Origin: Octopus vulgaris
Taxonomy: Eukaryota
Direction: 5' to 3'
Length of the DNA: 64,000 bases
Assembly (NCBI GenBank): GCA_951406725.2
Contig: OX597831.1
Span: forward strand, 78,740,001 to 78,804,000
In this document: one piece after another, positions 27,395-41,154 of the stretch
Layout of the letters: each line of letters opens with the position of its first letter
Position numbering within the stretch: position 1 is the stretch's first letter
Program-made: the position numbers and the translations under genes
The notes under the pieces: generated by a model
The model's database searches: none
Seen by the model: the letters and a program-made list of their open reading frames with translations, nothing else
Told to the model about the DNA's origin: nothing

Positions 27395-28589
27395 GAAATT
27401 GCAGCTTTCCCCTCGTATTCTTTTCTCTTTTACAACTGCTTAAGTGGACTAACGTCTCATAATGGAGGCAGTTAAATGCAGATCAGTGATCAGGCTCTTA
27501 TACTTGAAAGGTCGTACACCAAAAGAGAGACTTTTGATGAAAGGCAAGAAGCTTATGGTGACGATGCACCATCGTACGACGAAGTCAAGCTCTGGCATCG
27601 CCAGTTCAAATGTGGTCGGACATCGGTGGAAACTGCTTTTATTCCTGGACGACCAGATTCCGCAATTGATGATGACCCAATCCATAAAATGGAAGCCGCT
27701 ATTTTGGAGGATCGCCGCATAGCTATTCGGCAACTAGCCCCAAAAGTGAAGATAAATGTAGGGCCTGTGGAAAAAATCTCTCACGATTATTTGCACTTGC
27801 GGCAGTTGTTTGCACGATGGATTCACCGGATGCTCACACCTTGTCAGGAGCAGGAACGAGTCAATCGCTCCCAGGCTCTTTTGGCAATTTGCCAAAAAAT
27901 GAAGGGGACTTTTTCGGCAGACTTATCATACAGAGTGAGACATAGATCCTGAGACTGAAATGCAATCGAAGCAATGGAAGCATGATAACTCACCACCTCC
28001 AAAGAAGGCTTGTGTTCAACCTTCAACAGGCAAGGTGATACTCACAGTGTTTTGTGACCAGTGGGGAGTAGTGATGATATATTTTCTGGCAAAAAGCACC
28101 ACACTTAACGGTGTAAATTATGTTTCACTGCCTCAGAAATTGCAGGACGCCATCAAAGCAGAGAGGTGTGGCATGCTGACCAAAGAGTCCGCCTCCTCCT
28201 CCGAGCCAACGCCTTAGTTCACAATGCGCATGTTGCCCGTATGAAAACACACTCCTACGGCTATGAAATCCTTCTTCATCCCCCTTACTCTCCCGACCTC
28301 GTACTATATAGCATCCTCTTTTTTCCAACCAAACATGAAGTCTTTTTTGAAGAGGAAGCACTTTTCGGATGATGATGAACTTGTTTCTGAGGTAAAAATC
28401 TTGGCTCCAGACGCATCCTATCGATTTCTACAGACGGGGTCTTCACAGCTGCATAAAGTGATAGGGGCAGTGTGTCACCATTGGTGGTGGCCATGTAAAG
28501 AAGAAGGACTAACAATTAAGCCAAGTTTCGTTTACCCCAGTCGTTGGGAAGTGGATCAGAGGAAATCTTTAATGAACACGCTTCGTTCA
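27395..28589 (+). mobile_element. Near full-length degenerate mariner (irritans-like) transposase
   Basis: RSVIRLLYLKG, YGDDAPSY..VKLWHRQFKCGRTSVE..PGRP, WIHRML, STGKVILTVFCD and HPPYSPDL, with several frameshifts. Confidence 0.88.
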
Positions 28590-29715
28590 TAGTCGTGACA
28601 ACCGGTGTTGGTTTGTTTACGAAACTTAGTAGCGGATTGAATAAGCAACAGGCTTAAAAAGCAACAACAAAAAAACATTGGCGTCGATTCCTTCGAGGAA
28701 ACCATTGAATTCGTTACTTCAGTATGACTGCAGTCTAATCACAGAAACAAGTGAACGCTAAAAAAAAAACTCGACGTGGAATTAATTACTCAAAACGTTC
28801 TGTAGTGTGGTACATAATACATTTTAATCAACATATTGTACATTATCTTCACGGATTATTTGGCCCAATTATGAGATTATCGGATGGAGGTTGTTGATAA
28901 TTCGGTAAAGAGTGTCTGCATTTCAGGAAAATTGTAGGCGAATTTTCTTTGGAAATAGAAATAGAAAGGCATAAATCTAACAATATCTATCTAGCGGTCT
29001 GTCTGTCTGGCTCACTCTCTCTTTCTTTGTGTGTGATACCCCAAGGCACATTCCTTACACGCCAGCTGAGTTTAATCCGTCTAGTCGAAAGACGCCTGTC
29101 CGTGATGTCCTGTTATTGTTTCTACGTATTATTATTATTATTATTGTTTTTGCGTATTATTTTGTATTCATATTCGTATAACATCGTCCGTTTTTCCGTC
29201 ATTGTTTTGAATACATTCGAAGCTTTCTTCCAAGGAATCAAATGCGCTTAGCTTAGTTTTTCCTTGGGGCTGGCCAGATTGGAGCAATCTCAAGATTAAT
29301 CAGCCGAAATTGCGAGGATGATTCGGCTCTTGACTGAAGATTGAAGGCTTCGAATGTCCCGTCCGTGTTTTTTGTATCGTCTCCTAAATGTTTTCCGTTC
29401 TTGTCCCAGTTTGTATTTTTATGCATATATATATATATATATATACACCTTTTTACATGCATATATATGTGTGTATATATGTACATATGTGTATATGTGT
29501 ATGTATATATATATACACTATATACTATATATTATATACTATATGCTACAGATACATTTAGCTGGAAATATAGAAACATAAACATAGAGACAGACAGTCA
29601 AACAGACATATAGATATATAGAAACAGAGAGAGAGAGAGAGAGATACATAAATACACACATATATGATAGAATAGGGATTTGTGAGTTTTGATTTCTGTA
29701 CATGTGTGTGTAAAA

Positions 29716-29746
<31 letters not shown>

Positions 29747-29911
29747 GTGAAATGTCCCTCTTCTGCGTGTTCTTTCATGGAATTGTCAGCTGCATTAGTT
29801 GAAAAAGGGTCAGAGGGTTCGACTGATTTGCCAAATTCGAAAGGTCACGAAATGACACGTTCGGCAAATCATCGAGGAGTCGAATCACATTGACCTTAAA
29901 TTCAAATATAT

Positions 29912-29957
<46 letters not shown>

Positions 29958-30000
29958 ATGTATAAACATATATATCTGTATATATATATATATATATAAA

Positions 30001-30033
<33 letters not shown>

Positions 30034-30039
30034 TTATAG

Positions 30040-30084
<45 letters not shown>

Positions 30085-30295
30085 TATATATATATCAAAG
30101 AAATTTGTGTAGGTGTTATGTGACACGTATGAAGACATATTAACGCACGCAGACGTACTTATTTCCATCTACTTAATGGTGAGTTGTTATGGAAAGTACA
30201 CACACACACATACACATACAAATAAACAAACAAACCCCCAGACACACATACACATATATTCTATACACATATACATATGCATATATATTTATATG

Positions 30296-30331
<36 letters not shown>

Positions 30332-30744
30332 ATACATCTGTGTGTGTATTTACGAGAGAAAGAAGATAGATATTTGTCTCTGCTTATTAATACCTACGTG
30401 TATTTAGATATATACAAGGGTATACACGCTCGAGGAGAGACACATTTAAAGCAATGTAAGCTAGCTTAAGTGAAATGAGGTTATGTTTTTAGTAGACACA
30501 CATTTAAACTCTTGTTTTTCTCTTTTATGGCGTGTAAATGAGATGGACCTGATTAATTTCGATTATTACCGAAGCCACATCAGAGATCGTTTAGTAATTC
30601 CTAACAACAGGGAGAGGAATAATGTCAGGCGATTTCTATTTGTATTTTGCACACACTCGGATATATTTCAATTGGACAAATTTGTACAACACCAGAACAG
30701 CTACCACCGAGAATAGTTAAGATCGTTTTTCTTTTTTTTTATAT

Positions 30745-31045
30745 ATTTAAAGCTTTAACCGGTTTCACAGTTTACACTGATTTTCAAATTGTTCCAATAT
30801 AATGATGTGGCTTATGTCGCAGTTGGTTTGCTTCTGGCCAGTGTTTGAAGCTTGCCCTATTTCCATAGGGAGTTCATGGCTCAAATTAGTATATGATTTG
30901 AAAAAGGACTTGATTGCTAGAGGATAGTCACATGACTGGCCTACACTAGTCGGAAGCAAGACAGCTGCGACATAAGCCACGTCTTTCTATTTAAACATTT
31001 TGAAAATCAACGTAAACTGTGAAACCAGTTAAAGCTTTTAATATA
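30745..31045. repeat. Inverted repeat, arms of about 100 bp
   Basis: AAAGCTTTAACCGGTTTCACAGTTTAC..GTGGCTTATGTCGCAG / CTGCGACATAAGCCAC..GTAAACTGTGAAACCAGTTAAAGCTTT. Confidence 0.85.
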
Positions 31046-31136
31046 ATAAAAAAGGGATTTTAAATATTCTCAATACATTTTCAACTTCTGCTTTACCTAT
31101 ATAGTGCTTTACCCGTGTAGAATAAATTAACTTTGT

Positions 31137-31177
<41 letters not shown>

Positions 31178-31178
<1 letters not shown>

Positions 31179-31485
31179 TCACGTGATCACGTGACCTACC
31201 AGACCATCAGATGTTGTTACACATCGCTGGTCACAATGCGTTCGCATTGCTTTTAGCCTTCGAATGAAGCCACCTCGCTGGCTAAGCGAGCAGGCGAACA
31301 GAAGAAAGAGTGGGAGAAAGTGTGGTGAAAGAGTACAGCAGGGATCACCACCCCCTGCCGGAGCCTCGTGGAGCTTTTAGGTGTTTTCGCTCAATAAACA
31401 CTCACAACGCCCGGTCTGAGAATCGAAACCGCGATCCTACGACCGCGAGTTCGCTGCCCTAACCACTGGGCCAATGCGCTTCCAC
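31178..31485 (-). mobile_element. tRNA-derived SINE family B, full copy
   Basis: Head TGGCCCAGTGGTTAGGGCAGCG..GGTTTCGATTC and tail GGTCACGTGATCACGTGAT, inside (TA)n. Confidence 0.85.
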
Positions 31486-31495
31486 ATATACATAT

Positions 31496-31560
<65 letters not shown>

Positions 31561-31664
31561 TATACACACATATATATACATATATATATATATATAGTTT
31601 TAATAATATAGGAGATTTTGTATAATGTCCCCATTATATATACATATAATATATATTACATATA

Positions 31665-31709
<45 letters not shown>

Positions 31710-32793
31710 CACACACATAAATATGTGTTTGTGTGTGCATTTGCATATATGTGTGTGTGTGTGTGGAATACCTAAATATAGAAATTTTTTAACGAGTGGC
31801 TTAACTCAGCTGTCACCCCTATATTAACTCTTCAAAATGGAACCCTTAACATTTATACTACTCCTTATACATGCATACAGACAGACAGACAGACAGATAG
31901 ATTGATAGATAAGAAAATACACACATGCATACAGGGATGCACATACCGATCTTTCCGTTGTTTTGGGTGCTTACAATGTCGCGAATAAACATAAGCAGTC
32001 TTTCCTCAGCCAAAACTTACGGCCTGCCACCCCAAATGTAATCGATAGAACTATATACATGTTCAATCTCATGCGGACGTCCCGTGTATAGTTCTGCAAA
32101 TTATATTTTGCTATGACGATGACACTGATGAGTTGCGGACATCTACGTAAGTGATTACGTAAGTGTTAACAAGGAAACTGGTTTGTGATTAATCTCTATA
32201 TTTTGTATCGTTTCATTTGTCTTGCTCGCTTACATTCTGGGGTTTCCTCAATTTTCTTGAGAACATTCCTTTCTAAGTGGTAAGACCATAGGGGGTCGAC
32301 TTCTAGCATAATTGATGTCCACTTACTGGTCATCCCTCTTATATGTATGTAATATATTTTTTCTATATGCTAGACCACTGATTTTAAATTGATATTAATC
32401 AAATTAATATTCAATATTTCACCCTTATTATTTTAAATTTATATATACGTAACACCTTTACATGTGTGCATGATTTTGCGTGCTCACGTGTACATATGTA
32501 ATATATATATATATATATATATATATTACATATATACACGTGAGCATGAGCGCGCAACATCATTCACACATGTAGAAGCTGTTACATTCAGGGAGCGAGA
32601 CTGGAGCTACGTTGTTGCGAAACAAACTTCTTAACCACTCCCATAAATACAACGCATACTCGGACACACAAACTGCATACACATACACATAAAACACACA
32701 CTCGTAGCCCCCCCCCCCCAACACACAAGGTTACACATGTTTGGAAATCCACGCTTCAACAATATCTCTCAAGTAGGCAAACATACTCATAAC

Positions 32794-32872
<79 letters not shown>

Positions 32873-32874
32873 GC

Positions 32875-32990
<116 letters not shown>

Positions 32991-33457
32991 CTATCTATAT
33001 ATATATATATATATACATGCACGCACAAATTATTCACGTTACGGTAAATTTTCACTGAAACCCAACCACCGGTAGCTCTTCTGTATCGTTTTATATTTCC
33101 TCATCAATAGACCTGACCGTCCGTTGGTTGATTGTTGGTAGAATGTTTGCTATTAGAAAACCATGGTCGCTGTACGATGGTTTTCAGTGTTGGGTTTGTG
33201 ATAACAGCTCCTTGTGTAAGGGAGTTTATGGCCGCGATCTTAGCCCAGCGGAGACATTAAGTGTGCAGTGTTTGTGCGGATGTGGGGTCGGTGCGGGGGA
33301 GGGGGTAGGGGGTAGGGAAGCTGGGGTAGATGCTTGTTGCTTCCATTCATCAAAACCTTATGACTTGCTAACATAAACGACTTTCTATGACACAGCTGCA
33401 AACATCGTAAAAATGATGTCCTTCCTTGTCTTGTTCGGATCGATGGCTTCTCTCACC

Positions 33458-33516
<59 letters not shown>

Positions 33517-33521
<5 letters not shown>

Positions 33522-33912
33522 GAGAGAGAGAAGGAAGAAAGAGAAGGTGAACGAAAGAGAGAAGGAAGAAAGAGAAAGTGAAAGAAAGAGAGAAGGAAGA
33601 AAGAGAAAGTGAAAGAAAGAGAGAAGGAAGAAAGAGAGAGAAAGAGAAAGAGAAAGTGAAAGAAAGAGAGAAGGAAGAATGAGAAAGTGAAAGAAAGAGA
33701 GGAGGAAGAAAGAGTAAGTGAAAGAAAGAGAGAAGGAAGAAAGAGGAAGTGAAAGAAAGAGAAAGTGAAAGAAAGAGAGGGGAAGAAAGAGAGAGAAACA
33801 GAAAGAGAAATTGAAAGAAAGAGAGAAGGAAGAATGAGAAAGTGAAAGAAAGAGAGGAGGAAGAAAGAGGAAGTGAAAGAAAGAGAAAGTGAAAGAAAGA
33901 GAGAAGAGAGAG
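33517..33912 (+). repeat. Polypurine minisatellite (GAAAGAAAGAGAGAAGGAAGAAAGAGAAAGT-like unit)
   Basis: About 400 bp of near-pure purines with a recurring unit. Confidence 0.85.
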
Positions 33913-34745
33913 TGATTGTGGCGGGGCTGTGGATTAGTGTGTATGTGTGCGAAGAGAGAGAGACGGTGAAAGAAAGCGAAAGAAAGAGAGAAGAGAGACT
34001 GATAGAGTACAGAGTAGTATGTGTGTGGGGGAAGTGTGTGTGTGTAAAAGAGAGAGAGAAGGAAGAAAGAGAGAGAAGCTAAAAGAGAAAGTGAAAGAAA
34101 GAGAGAAGAGGAGAGTGAGAGAGTGTGTTAGAGAGGGAGAGAGAGAAAGAGGGGGAGAGTGTGTATGTGTAGGCGTAGCAATGTGGTCTTTCTATGTGTT
34201 TGGAAGTCAGATTATGTGTGTGTGTGTGAATGTGTGTTTGGGTGTGTGTGTATCCGAGGACGGATTGTGGATCTATCGATGTATATCTATGTATGTGTAT
34301 GTGGCTCCATTTTGTATTGAATGTATAGCATTTTGTAACCACGTATTATATAAGTGTTATCTGTGTGTGTGTGTGTGTGTGTGTGCGCGTGTATTTATCT
34401 GTGCCTTTGTGTGTGAGTGTGTATGTGTGTGCACCGCCACAAAGGGTTTTAGCTCATCAAATCGACTCCAGGACATATTCTTTGTTAGCCTATTGGTGTC
34501 TTTTGCCGAACCGCTAATTTATGGGGACGTAAACAAACCAACATCGGCTGTCAAGCAATGATGGAGTGACAAAGACAAGCAACACACACACACACATATA
34601 TACTACGACCTTCTTTCAGCTTCCGTGTACCAAATTCTTTGGTCGGTCCGAGGCTATAGTACAAGTCACTTGCCCCGAGGTGCCACACAGTGGGACTGAA
34701 ACCAGAACCATGTGGTCGGGAAGCAAATATCTTATCACACTGCCA

Positions 34746-34837
<92 letters not shown>

Positions 34838-35128
34838 GGAGCACACTGTCGATTACGACATCGAGGGTCCCAGCTGATTCGAGAATTTTACGTGTAAGTG
34901 GCTGAGCACTCCACAGACATGTGTAATTTTAACGTAATTCTCAGGGAGATTCAGCGTGACACAGTGTGAGACAAGGCCGGATATACAGGTACAACTCACC
35001 TTTGCAAGCTGAAATAAAGTGTCTTGCTCAAGGACACAACGCGTCGCCGGGAATTGAACTCACTAACTAAAGATCGTGCGCCGAATGCCCTAATCACTAA
35101 CCCACTCGCCTCCCTATATATATATATA

Positions 35129-35475
35129 CTAGCAGTATCGCCCGGCGTTGCTTGGGGTTGTTTCGACCCTTTAGAATTGAAATTTTTGAATAGTAAAAAT
35201 TTTATATTATGTAGCTTGTTATTCTCTTTAAGTGAACATTTTTCTGGTTGAAATACACCGAAAAATGGCGACACAGGGATATTCATAGAAAAAAAGCACC
35301 TTTTTGATGTAAATAATTTTTGGTGTTAACATGGTTCGATTTAAATTATGTCTTCTACGGAAGGAAGAGCAAGCTTACTTCTATCATACTCTCAATTTTG
35401 GTCAACTTGCGCCGCAGTGCCTCGGAGCAGAAAGTGTTAGTTGAAGGCTACCAAACCTGCCATACGCAGACGACT

Positions 35476-35487
<12 letters not shown>
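35129..35487 (-). mobile_element. Non-autonomous Helitron, second copy
   Basis: Reverse-complement homolog of 48210-48589, with its CTAG end at 35129-35132. Confidence 0.75.
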
Positions 35488-35569
<82 letters not shown>

Positions 35570-35782
35570 AAGTTAATCCAAACATGAAAACACCAAGAGA
35601 AAACACAACAACGCAAGGACGTGGAACAAATATAGTATTATTGGACGCTCAGGAAGGAAGGGAAGAAGGAGGGTTTAACGTTTCGAGCGGAGCTCTTCGT
35701 CAGAAACATAAGAAAAGGAAAGATCAAGAGAAAGGAAGACGGATGGAAAAAATCGCCAACGGTACACAGGCGGTCACATTTT
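35570..35782 (-). mobile_element. Penelope-like pLTR-type repeat family 1. Other copies at 25370-25560, 41732-41932, 51498-51715, 54660-54870, 60945-61150 and 19490-19557 (3' part only).
   Basis: A repeat of about 200 bp carrying a minimal HHR and ending ..TTGGATTAAC next to (TA)n. Confidence 0.7.
35673..35707 (-). ncRNA. Minimal type I hammerhead ribozyme motif (intact core)
   Basis: GUUU CUGACGA A GAGC-UCC-GCUC GAAAC GUU AAAC, with a loopless palindromic stem III (AACGUU). Confidence 0.7.
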
Positions 35783-36278
35783 GAAAGTATATATATATGT
35801 ATGTGTGTGTGTATGTATGTATGTATGTATATATATATATAGATATAATGATAGATAGATAAATAGATATGTGATGTTGATGATGATGGTGGTGGTTGTG
35901 GAGAACGGCGAAGATGACGACGACAACGAGGATGAGAACGAGGATGATGATGAGGATGATGATGACGATGACAACGACGACGGCGATCATGAGGATGAAA
36001 ATGAGAATGAGAACGCGGACTAGGATGATGACGACGTCCCCGACGAGGAAGTAGAGGAGGAAGGAGAGAAGGAGGATGCGGATAAGGATGATGATAATGA
36101 TGATGGTGGTGATGATGAGGGTAATTGTTGACTGATTGGGATAACAACGAACACCATAAAATGATCTGAATAAATAACAGTAAAACCGGTGGAAAATAAA
36201 AGCAAAATGTGGGGGTGTATGGGGCGGGGAAGAGAAAGACAGACAGAGAGACAGACAAGCAGACACAATACAGAGAGA

Positions 36279-36314
<36 letters not shown>

Positions 36315-36632
36315 CTGAGAAAGAGAGACTGGTGAAATGAATGGAAAAACTGTTAGTGTTAAATTTACGACAGCCCTGTGTAATATAAAATATATTTGTA
36401 GAAGAGCCGTCATATTTTATATTGCATTCAGCTTTTCAGGCAGACATGGCCAGCCGTTGTTGGAGATGGTCTTGGTAGTCTTTCTCTTGGGCCAACGAGG
36501 CATATATATATATGAATGTGTATGTGTGTCTGTGTGTGTGTGTGTGTGTGATGTTGTGTGCGTGTGTGTGTGTGAATAGATACACCGACACATTCAGATA
36601 GACATATGTATAAAAATTTGAAAATATTCTAC

Positions 36633-36665
<33 letters not shown>

Positions 36666-36690
36666 ATATATATATATATGTATGCGTATA

Positions 36691-36742
<52 letters not shown>

Positions 36743-36745
36743 ATA

Positions 36746-36787
<42 letters not shown>

Positions 36788-36939
36788 ATAAGGTGTATAT
36801 ATATATATATATACATACGCGCACGCACGCATACACACACAAACATATATATACATATGTTTATATGTATGTTTATACGCCTATTCATAAATATGTACTT
36901 AAATGTATCGATATAAACACGTGATTTTTAATATATATG

Positions 36940-36995
<56 letters not shown>

Positions 36996-37014
36996 GTGAG
37001 AGAGAGAGATAGAG

Positions 37015-37078
<64 letters not shown>

Positions 37079-37225
37079 GTACATATACACACAGACACGC
37101 ATATACATATATCTATCTACCTACCTATATATATATATATATATATATATAAATATATAGGGTAGCGAATATTCGTTATAAATTACCTGTTAAAGGGTAG
37201 TTTTCTTTTGTGTTTATATGTACAC

Positions 37226-37283
<58 letters not shown>

Positions 37284-37308
37284 ATACACACACAGAGAAA
37301 ATATGGCA

Positions 37309-37352
<44 letters not shown>

Positions 37353-37816
37353 CGTGTATGTATATATTTGCATTACATACGTACATACGTATAAATAAAC
37401 ACACAGACACATACACACACACATCTATAAAGATAACTTTACAAGAATATCCCATACCAGCGCTTACTACCGTTATTTTTCTTTTCTATTTCTCCCTTCC
37501 TCTCCCTCTATGACACAATCCACAATCCTCCCATCTAGTTCTGTTTGCTAATCCTATATTCCGCTATAATCCTATTCGTTATCTATTCCCTATCACACTA
37601 TTTTCTTCTCTTTATTCAGATATTCACACAATGATGAGTTTATTACGATATCAAGATTACATGAACCTGTTTTGTATTGTTTGGGTTTTGTTCTTGAGTT
37701 TCCCTTATTTTATTTTCTGTACTCTCGTTTCACACTTGTTTCGAAATTTACAGTTCGCTTTTGAATTCATTTATAAATTCATATAGACAACTGTAGACAT
37801 TTAAGTACATGATATG

Positions 37817-37901
<85 letters not shown>

Positions 37902-37931
37902 ACTTTATTTAAAGCAGCAGAAAATTCAACG

Positions 37932-37984
<53 letters not shown>

Positions 37985-38017
37985 CAGCTAGCTAGCTAGC
38001 TAGATAGATAGATAGAT

Positions 38018-39555
38018 AACTTTCTTTATTGCCCATACAGGGCTGAACACAGAGGGTACAAATACAAAGGTAGAGGTTTTCTTTTCGAAAATGAAAAACA
38101 GAAGAGGGAAATAAGAGAAAAAGTAAAATTCCGATCAAAGAGAACGGAGAAAAAAAAGAAAAAACGATCAAAAGGGATCGTGTATCACAGAAGAATTTTT
38201 AAAATGTAAAAAGTAAGATTAGGTTTATCCGTGGAAAGAAAAGCCTACGGAAACGTCCATGCTAACCTCAGGCAGAGAAGAAATAAACATATGGAAGCAA
38301 AGTGCTCTCTCTCTTTCTCTCTCTCTCTCTCTCTTACGATTTACAGTGTCATGCTCAAAGTGGTTTCGTCACTCGCACGCACACATCTTTGCTACATTCA
38401 CCCACCTTTTTTTGAAACATTCACGCAACAAAACCTGCCTCTCCATTCTCCCCTTCCTTTTCAAGTGTTACTTGAAAAAGTTGATGAGCGATTGGCCAGA
38501 GAGCTAAGTGTTGGTATCTAATCCTTTCGCTCGAGTCCACCACACACATTCTTTCAGCATGGCCACCAGTACAATAAAGACTACCTTGCCTTCCCGGTTG
38601 AGGGAAGGTAGCGGAGCAATTTTCACTATAAAATCGGCCGACAGCCGACTCATCCCACAGGCAACAGCAGACGTTCGGCATAAGCCCACAGGTCCGAAAT
38701 GGTTGAACACTGCACGAGTGCGTGCTGAACGGTTTCGTCGCTCTGATCGCATCTTGGGCAAGTCGGTCCGGTGTGTCTCGAACAGTGCCTGTAGAGCTTA
38801 TCCCGAACGGGTAATGCTTCTCGATAGCACTGCCAGACCAGTGATCGTTGGTGATTGTCCATAGGTCCCGGCCCGAAAATTGTCCTGAGTAGACAGGTCA
38901 GGTGTTCCTCGGTGACGCCCATATTCTGCCCGAGAGCGCCGTCGCACCTCCCCTCCACTAATCCTCTATTGAGCACCTTTGTTGAAATGAAGTCGCACAA
39001 GTTTGGTCATGGATGGAAGTGTTGCTTGATAGCAACGCGACACTCGCAGTGCCATTGACCTAGCCTCGGTCTATCTTTGATTCACGACTGTATTTCGGAC
39101 AATGAGACGAGATGCGGGAAAGCGCGCCACACAAACGGCGACACACCTGTTTACCATCGTCTATGAAGCGCCGGAGATGTCACAGTCTCAGCGCATATCT
39201 GCGCATCATCAACCACGGCATGCCAAACTCTCCATTTAGCGGGTGTTGACCGCAAATGGATCGCCTAACTTTCAGAATGCTTCACTTCCGCAAGAAGCGG
39301 AAGAGTATGCGTTCCAGTTTGGTGATAGTAGGGTCGGGACAAGGCACGACGGTCAGATGGTACTCGATGACGGATGCGATGTACTCGTTCGCCACCTCCG
39401 CCCGACCTTTTAGGGATAACGTCCACTCAGCCCATTCCTGGGTGGGAGTGGCCACCCTAGTCGTTATTTTGTCCCAGTTCTTCTCCGGACCGAACCAGAC
39501 ACCGAGCAATTTAACCGGTTAGTCAGTGCAGCGTCCCATGATGGAGACGCTTTTG
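38018..39555 (-). mobile_element. 5'-truncated Tx1/L1-clade LINE (post-RT region, CCHC zinc knuckle, 3'UTR)
   Basis: Minus-strand ORFs LGVWFGP..NW, LSLKGRAEVAN..IAS, WQCYREALPVRDKL, CPRCDQSDETVQHALVQC..LW. The 3'UTR ends in AATAAAG followed by (TATC)n. Confidence 0.85.
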
Positions 39556-39672
39556 GACGCCATGGGCTTGCTTCTCCAGGACCGGTTGAATTGCCCGGCC
39601 TCTGGTTCGGTCCGAACCTCCATATGGAGAAGTACTGGGGCGAAATAACGACTAGGGTGGCCACTCTCAACC
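39556..39672 (+). mobile_element. Inverted fragment of a related Tx1 copy
   Basis: 39583-39670 is a diverged reverse complement of about 39442-39520, with an extra 12 bp. Confidence 0.7.
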
Positions 39673-39870
39673 ATGTCTACGTGGCTACGAACATTACTTG
39701 TTAGTACAACTGGTGCGTTGATATCTTAGGCAGATTTTAGAACTAGTATTTTTACTTACGCACACGCACACGCGCACACACGCACACACACACATATACA
39801 TATGAATCGATAGACAGATAGGAATAGATCGACAAACATGCACATCCGTATACATACATATATATATATC

Positions 39871-39934
<64 letters not shown>

Positions 39935-41017
39935 TGTGTTTGTGTCGGTATGATTACGAATACATAGTTATATACATGCGTATAAACACACACGCAAACA
40001 CACACACATACGTATATGCTTATGGAAAGATAGATAGATATGAATAGATAGATAGACAAACACGCACGCACGTATACATACATATATATGTATATATATA
40101 TATATATATATGTGTGTGTGCGTGTGTGTGTTTGCATGTGTGTTTATATGCATGTATATAACTATGTGTTCGTAACCATACAGACACACACACACACACG
40201 CATATACAAACACACATACATGTGCTATATGATACTACCATTCACCAATGACCAAATATTTAACATCATCGAATTGCACCCAGTTCAATAAGATACGAAA
40301 CAAAAAAGAATCAATATAACAAATATTTCAAAGAAAATGCAACGTAAAATAAAATGTATAAATATATATACATAAAATATGACATTCCAAACACCCAAAC
40401 ACAAACTGGAACAATTTGAGAGTAAAAGACACGGACCGAATTCTTATAGCATTTTACAGCACCCTTATGACAATCGTTGCAATGAATGCCACAACTTAAT
40501 TCCAGTCCGTGGCCATCCAGTCAAGAAATGCGATTGTAAATGTGTATACGTCTTTGTGTTTGTCTATGTGTGTGTGTGTGTGTGTGAGTACATGAGCATG
40601 TGTGTGTGTGAGTATTTTCTGCGATTCAATATGGCTATTCAGTGGAAAATAGTTATGGCCGTCTCCCTGGCGGCTTGGCTGTTCTTCGTGTGTAGCTATG
40701 TGTCGGGACGTGTGTTCGTGTGTTTGCGTGACGTCGTGTCACTATCTGTGTATGCGGTTTTTGCTCGTGAATGTGAGTGTATGTGTGTATTTTCAAATAT
40801 ATATTTTTTACATATATGCATGTGTCTGTTTGTACACATACAGACTGACAAACACAAAGACACACACACGCACACATGTAGATATCCATATATACATATA
40901 GATGCACAAATCCATTTATATATGAATGTATATATATATATATATGTTATATATCTAAATATATATATATGTATAAGTGTTCGTGTGTACGTATATATAG
41001 CTACATACATATATACA

Positions 41018-41078
<61 letters not shown>

Positions 41079-41099
41079 TACATTACACACACACATATA

Positions 41100-41154
<55 letters not shown>

